Shown in pieces: positions 1 to 14,012 of a stretch of 64,000 nucleotides of DNA. The stretch spans positions 45,198,001 through 45,262,000 of the forward strand of contig NC_047022.1 in the NCBI RefSeq assembly GCF_902652985.1, given 5' to 3'. Position 1 is the stretch's first letter; the number at the start of each line of letters is the position of its first letter. The notes under the pieces were generated by a model. It had not been told where the DNA came from. It made no database searches and saw only the letters and a program-made list of their open reading frames with translations. Source of the DNA: Pecten maximus. Taxonomy: Eukaryota. Position numbers and translations under genes: made by a program.

Positions 1-3000
1 GAAAGGCTTCATTTAACAGCTCTTCCGACCAAGTACGAGCTTTAAGAATATGTATTATGAGCTTCGTCTGAACATGATATTCAACATGCCATCGAAGGAC
101 ATCTTTTAGACTTGAATCATTGAACAATGCTCCCATAGTGTTCAAGTAGACAATGAACATCAGGTCTGCAAATGACTAAAGCCTGATGTAAGGCTTCCAC
201 TGAGTTGGTCAACTGACCATGCCTTAGATCTTCTCACAAACTGTACAACTTTTTGCGTGTCAGGAGCCCTTTTGACAGCCGCTATCAAAGCATCGTTTCT
301 GAATTTCCCTCCTTTTTCTTAGAAACTGGATGGTTTTCGAAAGACCCGGATTTTAATGCAGCACTCATCGCATCAGTGATCTGCCTCCGAGACCATTTGG
401 TTTTCAAAAAAACATATGCAAGCATTTAGGGACACGTTTGTTGAAGTCTATAAAGACTGCTGGGTTTTCGAGGGACTGTAACAATTCATCCAGAAAATCA
501 ATATCTATCGTAGAATCTGTGTCTGGACTTATTACTTTTTGATCATCCAGCCGTTTGGACACGTTCACCAAAGCTTCTTCTTTAAATTGTGCTCCACCTT
601 TGAAAAGGGTTTCCATGGTAGCACGAGATCCGCACATCACGGCTGCGTCAAGGACATCATGAAGCTGCACAGCGGTCCAAGGTTTGGTTGTCATTATTGC
701 TTCAACAACATTCTCCACTCCAGTGAGATTTGTTCCAGCCTTCCTGACAAAATCATCAATAGACGGTTGACCACCCGCCTTGGTGAGAACTTCTATATGA
801 TCTGTTTTATTTAGATGAATGGCTTCAGAGAGCATGGAGTTCAACTGAGCTGTATCGGTATTGGATGAGAAAAGGACGAAACGGAACATATCCAAGTTAC
901 AACTATGTAACGCATGTTGGACAACTCTCCCTTCAATATTTCCAAGAATCATTTTAATTGCAATGACGTCCGTTAAAATTTTGTGTTTTGATTCCAGAAT
1001 TATTTTCATCAGATAATGACAATGTTCTTTTAATTGTGGGGACTGAAAAATCGCATGAAGTATGGCAAAGTCCATTTCTTTGGCAGCTCTCGTCATATCT
1101 TCCATACACATGGTTAGGAGTTCTTTGGCGTTCGTGTTGATGTACGTTTTCTGTTTGATACACTGATCCCTTATCAACTGTACCTCGCATTTTGTTCTAC
1201 TCCTCTTAAGGGTGTCACGAATGTGATCTGGGGTATTGTCGCTGATGTATTTCTTTACTTCAGATTCTGCCCAAACATTCTTTGACAATACAAACTTGAC
1301 CAGCTTTTCATCGTTTGAACCGATTGCTAACTGAAGACATTTTTCAGTGAGGAACGCCCCTTTATTAAGAAGAATTGACATGGGTTCCAAACGTACATGT
1401 TCCAGGGCTCGTTGTAAAGCTCTCTGTAATGCTCTTGTGTAGGTCAAAATACCGTGTTCCTTGACAGTTAATTCGTCGAGTTTGAACTTGAAAAATGCTC
1501 TTAAGAAGAACACATTGTTTGCACAAGATTCTAGCAGACTGTTTGTGGTAGAATATGTACTCCCAGAATGAGCTTTTAAGAAACCCCTTTTATCGCTTTG
1601 TTTGGTGATATACTCGAAGAGACAATCCCCAAGCTTTTGATTACGGAACCGTGGAAAAGATTCCAATGTAATTCTATCGTAAATGTCCCCTTCCATGATC
1701 ATTTTGTACATTCGCTTTACAAGATGTCCAAAGCACTCAGCAGGCACATGCAAGGTGCATATGTCGTTTTGACCATCTTCCGTGACGTCCAGCAGTTCCA
1801 ATATCACGCGGTTGCTACATTTTTCTAAAATCATTTTTGGATTTTCCTTTCCAAACACCAGGCTAACACTATCTGCTATTGATTGATGACCAAAGGTGAA
1901 CACTGTGTTTCGTTTCGTTAGATATGTACGATCCAAGGCGTCAAGACTGTCTTTTAGTATGGTTAGTACGTTGTCGGTGTGAGGAACGCCACATACTTCT
2001 GCATAGACCTTCAAAGAGTCATAATCTTCTGGTGGCATTTTTAAACGGTTCAGCATTTTAGTATCTATAGTTTGGTCGTTTAAGAAGCAATATACTAGTG
2101 CAAAGTATTTGTGTGGTTCGGTGAGTCTCATTTTCTGTATCTCCTCTGTAAGCATGCGGTCAGGATTTCTGAAAAACTGCCCCCCTTTCGCCAAAAAAGT
2201 ATCATTATTGAAAAAGAGCTTACAAATTTGAGGAAAACCTATAGAAATATTTGATGGAAAACTAAAAGCCGCCAAAAATGAAAACAATGGGCTAAACGAC
2301 TTGTTGTTACCAAGTTGTCTTTGATTTGAATAGTTATTGAACATTTTTGTACGTTCTTTCATGGTCAATCTCTGGTCATCAGTCAAATCTACCGTTTTCT
2401 TTTCGGACAGAATGTGGTCACTTACCATCTCTATCAGTACACCCGACTCTCGTCTGGCATCTTTAAGTATATGTGTGCGAGAAGTCACTACCAAACAAAC
2501 TTTTCCCTCATGTAAACTTTGTAAAATTCTATCGAAGAATGGTTTCCACCCATTCAAAAGTCCTGTCTGATAGTTTGTTTTCCCAAAGATGTCATCTACA
2601 AACACAACGATATCACCTTTGTCATTCACAACATCACTCCAATCCTGGGGCACTGTTATGAGAACAGGTGTCTTTTGTTTGATATCATTGTCAAGGGTAC
2701 CGTCTCTCAGCTTTCTACATATTTCCCTACCCAGAGTTGTCTTCCCCTCTCCGGTGACCCCGGATATGATCACCATGTTATAGTCCTTGAGACGCTTGAC
2801 TACTTCTTCCTCAGCTTTGGTCCTGGTGACAAGTAAGTTGTCAGTTTCTTCGATGTGACGTTTTAACATTCCTTCCATATTACCTGAAAGCAGAAGATTT
2901 TGTACGTATAGCTACCTGCTGTCTCCAAAAATGTTTACGTTTTACCAACATGTTTCATGGATAGAATAATAATAAACATTGAAAACGTGTATACATCATG

Positions 3001-6000
3001 TTGTAAACAAACTCTTGACAACAACATCCTTCAGTTGCGATGCAAGCAAAATCAGGAACGCTTTCGCAGTGTTAAACTGTTAAACGCATAACTTCAAATA
3101 ATGTCCAATTTGTATAGGGTGTCTTGACCAGGGGATCATTGAGCGAGAGTGAGAATGTTAACTTTGCTGACCACGTCACATGTTGTGCTCTAATTGTCCA
3201 CACTTTCAGACTATCTAAAACCCATATTGTACTAATCTCAATAGATCCGAGTCTATCATATCTGCACAATCGACAAATGCTACACATCAATGAAAGTAAA
3301 CGTGTTAACAAGGAAAATTACAGTGATTATAACAAAGAAGTTTCTAGACGAGAAATGATCAACAACACAACTGTTAAATGTCTATATATGCCCCAGTAAT
3401 ATAGAGAGGAATCTGAAAAAAAACCCTCTGAGTCACGGCAATATGGGAAAAGTACAGGGACAATAACAAAGAAGTTTCTAGACGAGAAATGATCAACATA
3501 TACGAAGATGTTGAATGTCTATATATGCCACAGTAATATAGCAAGGAATCTGAAAATCCTGAGTCACCGGAATATGAGAGTACATCCACTGGAGAAACCA
3601 TGCGTTTTAACATCAATGTTTACCTTTTGTGCAGTCCTTTGGTACATCACATACACAATAGGGAGACAAATGCCAAAAGGACCTGGTATCCCCATGCCTG
3701 AGAGAATTATCGGAAAAATTCATTGGGTACTCGACGAAGCTCAGCGTATCAACCCCAATATAACTCAAACAATCTAGATATCAACTAAAAAAACCACAAC
3801 AAAGTGGTTGACGAAGACGATTTCAACTGTCGTTTTGTATAGTCGTCGTAAAATAAGGGAATGGACAGTAATAACAGCTACACGAACAGTGAAATGCCGT
3901 TTCATAAACTTGGTGATGACAGTGATATATTTGGGTAAGTTTACCTTCAAGCAAAAGTCTTTTGGGACTTTTGGTTACAACTTCTTCCTCCTTTTTCTTC
4001 TTTGTTTTCGGAATTTCGCTGTCGTTATTGGCAAGTACTACAACATAAAAAAATCTTTTTAGTCATCGCAGTATCCTTAATTCGTGCTAACATGAACATT
4101 TACTACTTTATCGGAGCTGTCATATTTCCAATTAGGAAATCACTTCATCTATTTCATCCATATGAAAGCATTACCTTATTATTTAAGGAAGATTCTTTCA
4201 CTCAGATCCTGTAATTCTTTCCTATGAAACATTTGCTGTTTAGGGAATTTCTTAAGATAGATAACGTCGATGAAACCTGAACCTAAGCATCAACTAGCAA
4301 ATTTGAAACCGACGAGGTACTGAATATTATCTCAATTGTTATCGATGCCCAAATGTCACGGTGATTTACTATTATTAAAGTTCCACTAACACATGTAATG
4401 TGTATAGATACTTGCACTGTGTATCGTGTGTAATGTTATTACAAGCCCCTATGTGAAATAATGTCATATGTACCTGTGTATATAGTTGTTATTGTGATGT
4501 ATGAGAGGTGAGCGCAAGGATTGGTTGAGAGAGTCACTTTTACCCCGCATGGCCCTATACCCGTGCACGTGGCAAACCTTACCTGGGCCCTGCACAGGTG
4601 AGTACAGCCCACAACGACTATAACTCCAGCACGAACCTACACGTATAGCACAAGCATGTGTGCTTTTAGGCCACAGTGATTCAAGGTAAGTTATTTCATG
4701 AAAAATTATATTTAAAAAAATATTAAGTTTATTTGAACTATTGACTATAGATCAATTATATCTAGTTGATATATTTGCATTCTGAATATCTTGCCGTTGT
4801 GTTAAACTTTATAACACTGCACATACCCGAGGTCCAGTTTCATGCGTTTAAAGTTAGCATAAACGTACTTTGTATAATGAATATTATATGTGCAATGCAA
4901 GAATTTGGGAGGGCTGTTTTTTCAACTACTATATATATTCCGTTTACTATATCTTAATCAATTTGTTCTATATTTTGTGATTGTATTTGTCTTCCTTGTG
5001 TGTTTTAGGTCATGGTAGCCGAGTGCTTTAGGTGTCCCGACAATTTATCACTAGCCCTCCACCTCTGGGTTGCGAGTTAGAAACCAACGTATATTATATA
5101 GTCACTACCGAACAAACTTTATTATCAAAGTGTAAATGTAATATGTATTACCTTGGGATAACTTTCTTGTGTTCTTTTTCTTAGTTGTCTGTGTCTTCTT
5201 TCTCTTCTTCGGTTTTGGAACATCGCAATCGTCCTTCTTACCTGTCGGTCACAAACCAAAAACGATTTATTTTATCTTTTGTTACTGTGAGTCACTCTTT
5301 CATCCGGATTGGTTGTAAACAACCGGAAGTTTTAATACCTTATCAACTTTTTATCAAAGGTTTAACAGAAATAATGGAGTTATTTAAAAGTGAACTTTTA
5401 CAATGGAATATAGAATACCAGTCAACTGGTTCCTTTAACAATAAATTGTTTGTGGTAGAAAATATCTTCGCGCTATATTATCATTGTTATCAATATTAGA
5501 ATAATATCATTTGATAGATATTGTTAACAATTGTTAATTAGATAGATTTTACAAGTTTGTATCATATCGTATTATACCTCAAGTTTGGTAAATATTCTAC
5601 AAACCTTCATTGATGATAGTCAGATTTCCCGTACATACATTGTCAGCTTGTTTCACTTTCATAGTCCCAACATTGGTCTCTTCTTTATATTTTCTTTTGT
5701 CAATATAATTGACGACCACTGGAATATATGTTCGATACATAATATAGAGCCTGAACCACTGCATATTACATTATAATATGAATACACAACTGAACTGATA
5801 TCACTCGCAGGGTGATAAGATACATGTAAATTTAAACAAGTAAGGTTAGATATTTAATTCACGACGAATTTGCACACCACCAAAATCGATTATGATTTAT
5901 CTAAGAAATTTTAGAACATTTTTCCAAAGAAAATATTTCGACATCTTACATTGATTAACAGTATTTGGGTTGGAAACTGTTCCAGATGAAGGTCCAGGTA

Positions 6001-8676
6001 TTGCTACTGCGCCTGCGCTCTCGCTTGTAGTACTACTTCCTGGGTGATTAGGATTACTAACAGGCAGAAGAGATTCCAAAACCTGACTGATCCTGTCGGC
6101 ACTGGCTGGGTTAACATTGCTGTAGCCTGCAAGGTAATACTTTATCTATAGAATTTCATTTTTATGCAATCAATGAACGTGACAACTTCCTATCCATACT
6201 GCTGATCGGGCTCAACTTTAGCAGGCACTTTATAGTGTTTGTTTTAAAAGCTCCCAAAATAACACCAGGGTTTTGCTCTCGCATAGGTTCCTGATTAAAT
6301 GGCATAACACTACCAGTAAAAATATAACAGAGACTTGTTTGTAATCAAAGTCGATAAACGGAGGTCAAAAGTTGAATGGCGAAGGGTTGGACTACTTTCG
6401 AAAAACAGGAGTACCGCAGGGTAGAACAATATACGCCCATCGAATAATGTATAGTGTTAGGTATTATCTTGCATTCCCCCCTCTACATAGGGAAGGGTAA
6501 CTACACCAATTTCACCCTTTATATAGGGTAGCTACCTCAGGTCACCCCTCTATATAGGGTAGCTACCTCAGGTCACTCCTCTATATAGGGTAGCTACCTC
6601 AGGTCACTCCTCTATATAGGGTAGCTACCTAAGGTCACCCCTCTATATAGGGTAGCTACCTCAGGTCACCCCTCTATATAGGGTAGCTACACCAGGTCAT
6701 CCCTCTATATACGGTAGCTACCTCAGGTCACCCCTCTATATAGGGTAGCTACCTCATGTTACCCCTCTATATAGGGTAGCTTCACCAGGTCACCCCTCTA
6801 TAAAGGGTAGCTTCACCAGATCACCCCTCTATATAGGGTAGCTACCTCAGGTCACTCCTCTATATAGGGTAGCTACCTCAGGTCACCCCTCTATATAGGG
6901 TCGCTACCTCAGGTCATCCCTCTATATAGGGTAGCTTCACCAGGTCACCCCTCTATATAGGGTAGCTACACCAGGTCACCCCTCTATATAGGGTAGCTAC
7001 CTCATGTTACCCCTCTATGTGGTAGCTACCTCAGGTCACCCCTTTATATAAGGTAGCTACCTCAGGTCACCCCTCTATATAGGGTCGCTACCTCAGGTCA
7101 CCCATCTATATATGGTAGCTACCTCCGGTCACCCCTCTATATATGTTAGCTACCTCAGGTCACCCCTCTATATAGGGTAGCTACATCAGGTCACCTCTCT
7201 ATATAGGTAGCTACCTCAGGTCACCCCTCTATATATGGTAGCTACCTCAGGCCTTCCCTCTATATAGGGTAGCTACACCAGGTCACCCCTCTATATAGGG
7301 TAGCTATCTCAGGTCACCCCTCTATATAGGATAGCTACCTCAGGTCACCCCTCTATATAGGTAGCTACACCAGGTCACCCCACTATATAGGGTAGCTACA
7401 CCAGGTCACCCCTCTATATAGGGTAGCTACCTCAGGTCACCCCTCTATATAGGATAGCTACCTCATGTTACCCCTCTATATAGAGTAGCTACCTCAGGTC
7501 ACCCCTCTATATAGGGTAGCTACCTCAGGTCACCCCTCTATATAGGGTAGCTACACCAGGTCACCCCTCTATATAGGGTAGCTACACCAGATCATCCCTC
7601 AATATAGGGAAGCTACACCAGATCATCCCTCAATATAGAGAAGCTAACTCAGGCCGTCCCTCTATATAAGGTGATTAAAATTCTATGCTGATACATTGAA
7701 TGTTCAGTGCGGTAGGCGGAAGGGATCGACCTAGGAATGGACGTACGGACATGTTTGACTTGTAAGGTGCATCGCAGTGCACAGAGAGGTTTGATAATGA
7801 AAACAAGTACATCTGCGTGATTATGGACGAACAGACAGACACGGAAGGAATTACGGTAAAACACCATAGATATATCATACACATTAGCGTTAGTTGTTCT
7901 TACCAAGTCTAACATTGACGCCAGTATTTTCTTCAGTAGGTTCAGCTGTGTTAGCCTGTAACGAAAGGACTGGTCCATATCAGAATAAACTTTTTATCAC
8001 AGTATGTTTACACAAGGGACGGTTACTATGACAAAATGTCTGATTTTCTTATATAAATACAAAACAAAAAACAAAACAAAAACATGTTATTGTTAAAATG
8101 AAATTTGTTTTACTATGTAATAAAAATAGAAATATAGTTTTATAAAGAGGGACATGCTATGATTATCATTAATTGTGTTTGTATATATCTTTCTCATTGA
8201 GTAAAATTCCACATTACTGCTTTTTGTAAGTTCTTGAATTAGCAGTTGTATATCGCAATAAAAATGAAAAGTACTATCTAATAGTGTCTCATTAGCCATA
8301 TACGGCTGCGTGTTGGTTATTTTAAAGTTTTAATGAAACTATATGTATTTTATACTTACAATGTAATGTATCAATACGTGCCACTTGATTAAACATATCT
8401 GAATCTTTATAAGAAGAAGTTTTCGATGTGTTACTTGAATAAACCTACCTGTTTATCGCTCTTTCCCGGTCCTGGGTTCGGCTCTATTCCTTGTATACGC
8501 AGGAGGAGATCAATGAATGTAACAGCCCCTTTGATGTCCAGTTTGTCGTGTGTGAGGTCACCCCGGACACTGGCGATCGCTTTACAGAGGTATTCGATGT
8601 TTGACAGGGCATCCTTCACTGTCCGAGGCACAAACTGACCAACCCGTGCACGGTACACCGCCAAATCCACGCCCAT
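1..8676 (-). CDS. STAND NTPase (nSTAND3-like)/ankyrin-like repeat protein, paralogue 1, with 2A-like N-terminal leader; 3' end runs off the window; apparent frameshifts in the first ~430 bp
   Basis: Seven coding exons with GT-AG ends and consistent phases: 8676-8449 (ATG in GCGGCCATGG), 7955-7904, 6126-5950, 5718-5605, 5241-5152, 4037-3945, 2883-<1. Walker A GVTGEGKTT and Walker B IVVFVDDIFG lie in ORF 404..2878. Relative to paralogue 2 there is a 1-nt deletion near 425 and further 1-2 nt indels between ~155 and ~340. Confidence 0.8.
404..2883 (-). CDS. Large NTPase/repeat exon of paralogue 1 (open portion)
   Basis: 824-aa ORF, colinear with and highly similar to ORF 16991..20890. Acceptor tttcag at 2884-2889. 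Confidence 0.85.
5013..5085 (+). mobile_element. tRNA-derived SINE head fragment
   Basis: A-box-like TAGCCGAGTG and B-box-like GTTAGAAACC at tRNA-like spacing; no complete cloverleaf. Confidence 0.5.
6517..7670. repeat. 30-bp minisatellite (CACCCCTCTATATAGGGTAGCTACCTCAGGT-like) in intron 2 of paralogue 1
   Basis: Direct tandem repetition. Unit contains the palindrome CTATATAG. Confidence 0.95.
8449..8676 (-). CDS. First coding exon of paralogue 1: 76 aa, ending in the 2A-like motif GIEPNPGP
   Basis: MGVDLAVYRARVGQF...FIDLLLRIQGIEPNPGPGKSDKQ, followed by donor GTAGGT. 71/76 aa identical to 25845-26072. Confidence 0.8.
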
Positions 8677-10510
8677 GGCCGCCTTAGACACAAATGTATT
8701 GGTCATTTACTATAACTTGATAAAATATGTTTTGATAGTTGAACATTTCTGTTGTTCCTGGATACCTGTACCATTGGAATTATTTCTATTATCTAAACGT
8801 TATCATATCATGTTCTGTCTTGATAGCTATAGTCAGGCATTTATCGTTTAGTTAAGCCTGTTTGTGATCTTAGCTTATCGACTAGTCTGGGCTCCTCGTG
8901 GTTCGGAAAAGAGAATTCTGTCATGGCGGCCTGACATTTGTGCAGGATACATCTTAAGGCTTTAGGCATGGGTTGTCTCACTCTGTAAGTAATTGTTGTT
9001 TGCTAAAACCATCTTTAGGATATTAATAACATTAATCTAGTCACAATTTGTTGCATAATTATGTTTACGTGTGTTTTCCCAATGCTGGCCACACATGTTT
9101 ACGTTAGACGGTACGATAGTTTATAAGTTAGTTTTGTTTATTGTAGGCCATATATGTGTCAGTTTTATAGCTAGACATGATTCTGTATATAGTTGATGCT
9201 CGTGCTAATCTGTATTTACGGTGAAGTTAGTATCAATTCATTGTAAGTCTATAATAATGATAGTTTGAGGTTCGTTAAGCACACAATGCTAGACAATTTG
9301 CCGAACACATGGTTCTATAAATAGCCATAGCTAGCTATATGCTACAGTGCATAAGTCGAGGTTTGTTGATATTTTGAACATTTCTATCCTGGATAAATGC
9401 ATGTGTAATACATGAAGAGTAACTAGTCATAACGACACTATAGGAATGTCTATTTAGTCTAGTCAATTTGATATTACTGGTATGTTATAAGGTTTATGGA
9501 TTAAAGCTATAGTTAGTGTTTATTGTTGTTGCAGGTTTCACCTACACTACAGTCTACATAGCTTGCATAGCTACACAGCTACACAGCTACATTATGTTCG
9601 TAACTACTTTGTACATATATATGAAACCTTTGGAGGTCTGTACCAGATCATTGGAATAAAGTTTGGACATTGGTGACACGTTCTGTGACTTTTTTATTAG
9701 GCATATGGCAGAACATATCATCAGGTTTTCACCACATTATTACAAAATAAAACAGAACGCTTTCAGCCTCAATATAGGGAACATCTTCGGGCATTGTAAT
9801 GGAACCTTTTGTTTCACTGATGTTTTTTTTTTAAAAACATTGATAATATAACCATTTTGGGCCCAACCTCCTTGAACAACTAGAAATAGAAATATTGATG
9901 GTTCTGTTTTTAAGGTAGATATGTGTGAGACATAGTCTAGTCACTTTTACTCAGAATATATTCCAAAACGTGACATACTTGCAACACATGTTATTTTCTG
10001 GTTTTTAAAATGTAGGGTTCTCTACATTATAACAGAGAGTCTACCTAAATCGATCTTGGGAAAATGACTTTTTGGCCTTCTATAAGATAAAGAAAATAAG
10101 ACAATATCACGTTTTTAGCCTTCTCTTAGGTACAACATCTAGCTTTTGTTTGATGATTGATAAAAGAATCTGTCTAGGAAGACATACTAAAATACAATTG
10201 TCAATTTATTCAACTGGGTTATTGGATTGTAAAAAAATCAGGCAAGCACGCACGTGTTATGTTTGTCATATATTTGTGATATACCATCTGTAACGTTTAA
10301 CTAAGAAAGGACTAGAAAATACTCAAAACTATTCGATTGCTTAATCCAAGATATATTATTATAACCTTCACTCCGATTTCTTATAAAGACGACATTATTG
10401 TGGTAATTTAAGCCAGCATATTCAGCAAGCAGATAATATATATACATGTATATCTATTTTTGTTGTTCAAATGATGAACCTTTTTAACGATATGATCAAT
10501 ATAATATATA

Positions 10511-12040
10511 CTGAAACGAAAAAGAAACGCAACATGGAAAATTGTGATTAATTTTGTATTAAATATACATATCTGTATAAAAATCGCGGAAATAAACATG
10601 CACCCTGCCTAACACCCATACCAATCTTCAAAATCACCCAAGTGTGACTAGAGACCTATGCACTTCCGGCGCGGTAAAAACATCAAAAACCGTGCCTGTA
10701 CAAACATATGCGTTCTTTTTTCATTCAAACCAGTATCAATTCATCACTAACATTGAGCCACATCATCGCCAATACTTTTGCAAACAATAATTCCTTTTAC
10801 AATTATGCCACGGTTATCAAAGGTTGATAGAGGACGTGCTATAGCGATGCTTCTGGCAGGGAACACGCAACTTCACGTCGCTCGACAATTCAGAGTTCAC
10901 AAATCGACTATTAGTCGATTAGTTTCACGTCTTAACGCAACAGGAAGAGTCGATGACCAGCCGAGATCAGGACGTCCACGCGTAACGTCGCGACGTCAAG
11001 ACCGGGTTCTTAGGTTGGCACACCTGCGTAACAGGAGATTAACGGCCGCTGAAACGGCAAGGAATACGATTGGTTATCATAACCGTCGAATTCATCCCCA
11101 AACAGTGATCAACAGACTGCTTGAGGCTAATTTGCGTGCAAGGCGACAGTACGTTGGTTTACCACTAACACCGCAACGTCGAGCACGTCGTATGCAATGG
11201 GCAACGGCACATATGCCCAGACGTTTTCCTATGAGACGTTGGAGGTCTATGCTCTTCACCGATGAATCTCGATTCACGTTATTTCGAGCAGATGGCCGTC
11301 AACGTGTGTACCGGCGTCGAGGCGAACGTTTTGCTGACGCCTGTGTTTTGGAACACGACCGATTTGGGGGTGGATCAGTTATGGTTTGGGCGGGAATCTC
11401 CCATGGTTTGAAGACGCCTTTGGTGATAGTCAATGGGAATTTAACGGCCGTACGCTATCGGGATGAGATCCTTAGGCCCAATGTTGTGCCGTTTGTTAGG
11501 CAGCATCATCTAACCTTTCAGCAAGATAACGCGAGACCACACGAGTCTGTAGAGACTTTCTTGCGACACAGAACATTGTTCCTATAGATTGGCCTCCATA
11601 TAGCCCCGACCTGTCCCCAATCGAGCATTTGTGGGATGAATTAGACAGAAGAATTCGAAATCGCCGTAACCCCCCCAAATACCCTCCCTCAGTTAGCAAA
11701 TGCACTCGTCCAAGAATGGAATAACATTCCAATACGGAAAGTCAATGCCCTGATGAACTCAATGCAACAAAGAATTAGAGATGTGATAACTGTTCGAGGA
11801 GGACACACACGATATTAGGTCACGGTTTCAAAACTGCTGCCATTTCAACTTGGATTCACGTAGGGTACTACCAATCATGACCTTCTAGCAAAGTGACCTG
11901 TTCTTAAAAATCTCTAAACATTTAAAGGATGTTACATCAATATTCAATATTAACTATTACATATGAAATTTAAACATAATGCTCATAAGTATTATTTTAT
12001 TAAACCTACAATTTGAAGTTGCGTTTCTTTTTCGTTTCAG
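10511..12040 (+). mobile_element. Tc1-family (DD34E) DNA transposon, full length, transposase disrupted
   Basis: Perfect 23-bp TIRs CTGAAACGAAAAAGAAACGCAAC / GTTGCGTTTCTTTTTCGTTTCAG flanked by TA on both sides. Confidence 0.92.
10805..11818 (+). pseudogene. Tc1 transposase with two frameshifts
   Basis: Paired-like HTH, GRPR, FTDESRF, GGGSVMVW and QQDNARPH, then a frameshift at ~11541. WPPYSPDLSPIEHLW continues in another frame; an extra C at ~11671-11676; ends GGHTRY-TAG. Confidence 0.9.
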
Positions 12041-12526
12041 TACATATGTTTAATGATTCATATAATGGTTGACTAGGACAAAATTTGAAGAAAATTAAAC
12101 GATAGATTTTTTCACAATTACTTTCCCAAGTTAACATCCAAATCGAAATTGACCATTTGTAACATCGCTATCGTAAAATTAATGGAGAAAAGAGCTTTTA
12201 TGATCTAAACTAAGTCCTGACTATCTTAAGAGGAATGACATCTCTCATTTAAAAGAAAAAAATATAGTGATACACAATAACACATTCTGATTCAGAGACA
12301 ATTTCTTTCAATATACAACTTATCACTTTGATCCTATTCTATGTCAAGGATGGTTGGTTTGAGACACCGTATCTCCATAACTGGTGATCAAAACTTATTT
12401 TACTTATTTCAGTTAACAAAATTGAAAGAAAATTAAACGATATAAAAATACATAGGAGTGCTGCTAAGGTTGGGGCCTTGGGGTCAGCCTTCAAAATATA
12501 AAAATATAAGCAATCTCCCCACATAG

Positions 12527-12577
12527 GGTGTGTGTGTGTGTGTGGTGGTGGTGGTGGTGGTGGTGGTGGGGGGGGGG
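12527..12577. repeat. Compound microsatellite (GT)n(GGT)nGn
   Basis: Directly visible. Confidence 0.9.
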
Positions 12578-14012
12578 ATCTCGCCACACAACTGACAAAT
12601 GTTACACATCTCATACTCTCTCATGATCACATAACAATAAGACAAACACCTTCCACTCATTCTCTCACCCAGTCTATCTATAAATGATCAATAGCAAACA
12701 CTTTTCTGGAAAAAAAGACCCAGGCATAAAATTAACAAATGCAAATGTAATGGCTAGAAATTAAGCAAACCCATGGCCAGATACACAAGTATAAATATAC
12801 ATGTGCTACATATATTTATCAACATCTTTCCTGATATCTTAAGAAATATGTCATTTTTGCCTATGAAAACCTGTACAGAAAACAAGTACATGAGCTGTTT
12901 AGCTTAAACCTTTCATATTATTAGACTACAAGTTGTATAAATTAGGAAATCGTTCAATATGGACTTCAAACAGTTCTAAATCAATCAGCTCCACAGGCAA
13001 CCTCGCGAGGTTAATAAATTTCATTGCATAATTGCAAACTTCAAAATTGAAAACATATGCCATGCTTCAATGCATATATTCTAAGCTACAACTTATTCAA
13101 TTATCAATGTTCGTCTTAGTGCAAAGATATTGGGTCTCCAATTTGTGTCTGTGTAAATATTGTTTAATACCGAATAGTTCGTTTCATTTATCATATCAAT
13201 CTATGTCTATTGCGAGAAGTAAAGCGAATGACTTATGTTATGTTGCATGTAAGATCTCAAACCTACCCCTGAAATATAATACAAGGTGTATTGTAGAGTT
13301 CATAACACACTGTATAAAATAATACTCTATAAAATTGAATACCCTGTATTTGTTATACAAAAATATATTGTGTTAGTAGGTCGATGATTGTACATCGCGC
13401 AAGTAAGGAAACCAAACAAAATGGCTGCTACCTTTGGTACCTTGAGAATATGTCAAATCTGAAAAAATCGGCCATTGAATGGTATTGTAAGGATTTCGAT
13501 GCTGTTATGATATATATGTTTCTTTTATACATTGTCGTTAGCTATCACTGTAACTATCCATTTCTACCAACCCAACAGATCTTCAAGTCACAAACCAAGT
13601 TTTCAGCCTACAGCTCCTCGCTCTCCTCCTCTTGGGTAATGCGTCAGCAGCATACACATTGTGTTTGGTCTGCGTTCGTGTGACTTTTGATGTATCGAGG
13701 ACGTAACTCCATAAACAAACCAATCAAGTTATACACCTAGCCAGGTGTCAAGGTCGTAATGACGTTAGCCGAGGCCTGTTCTTTTATGCGGCCAAAACGG
13801 TTCGCTGAGTTTTAATTGTTTTATTTTAGGCTTAAATCTTGATAGACCTGCAGTTATTAATACGGACCATAAAAGTCGTTGTCGATGCTCATTCAAAAGC
13901 ATAATACAATCACTAGATTCGTCATTATTTTGTAACGATCAACTCTGATCCAATCGGTCTTAACCGCTTGTACGCTATGCACGAAAGCAGCCCTGGTATT
14001 TTCTGAACTATT

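Noticed and set aside
8740-9680. Possible solo LTR upstream of the paralogue 1 leader exon
   Set aside because: Could not define TG...CA ends with a TSD.
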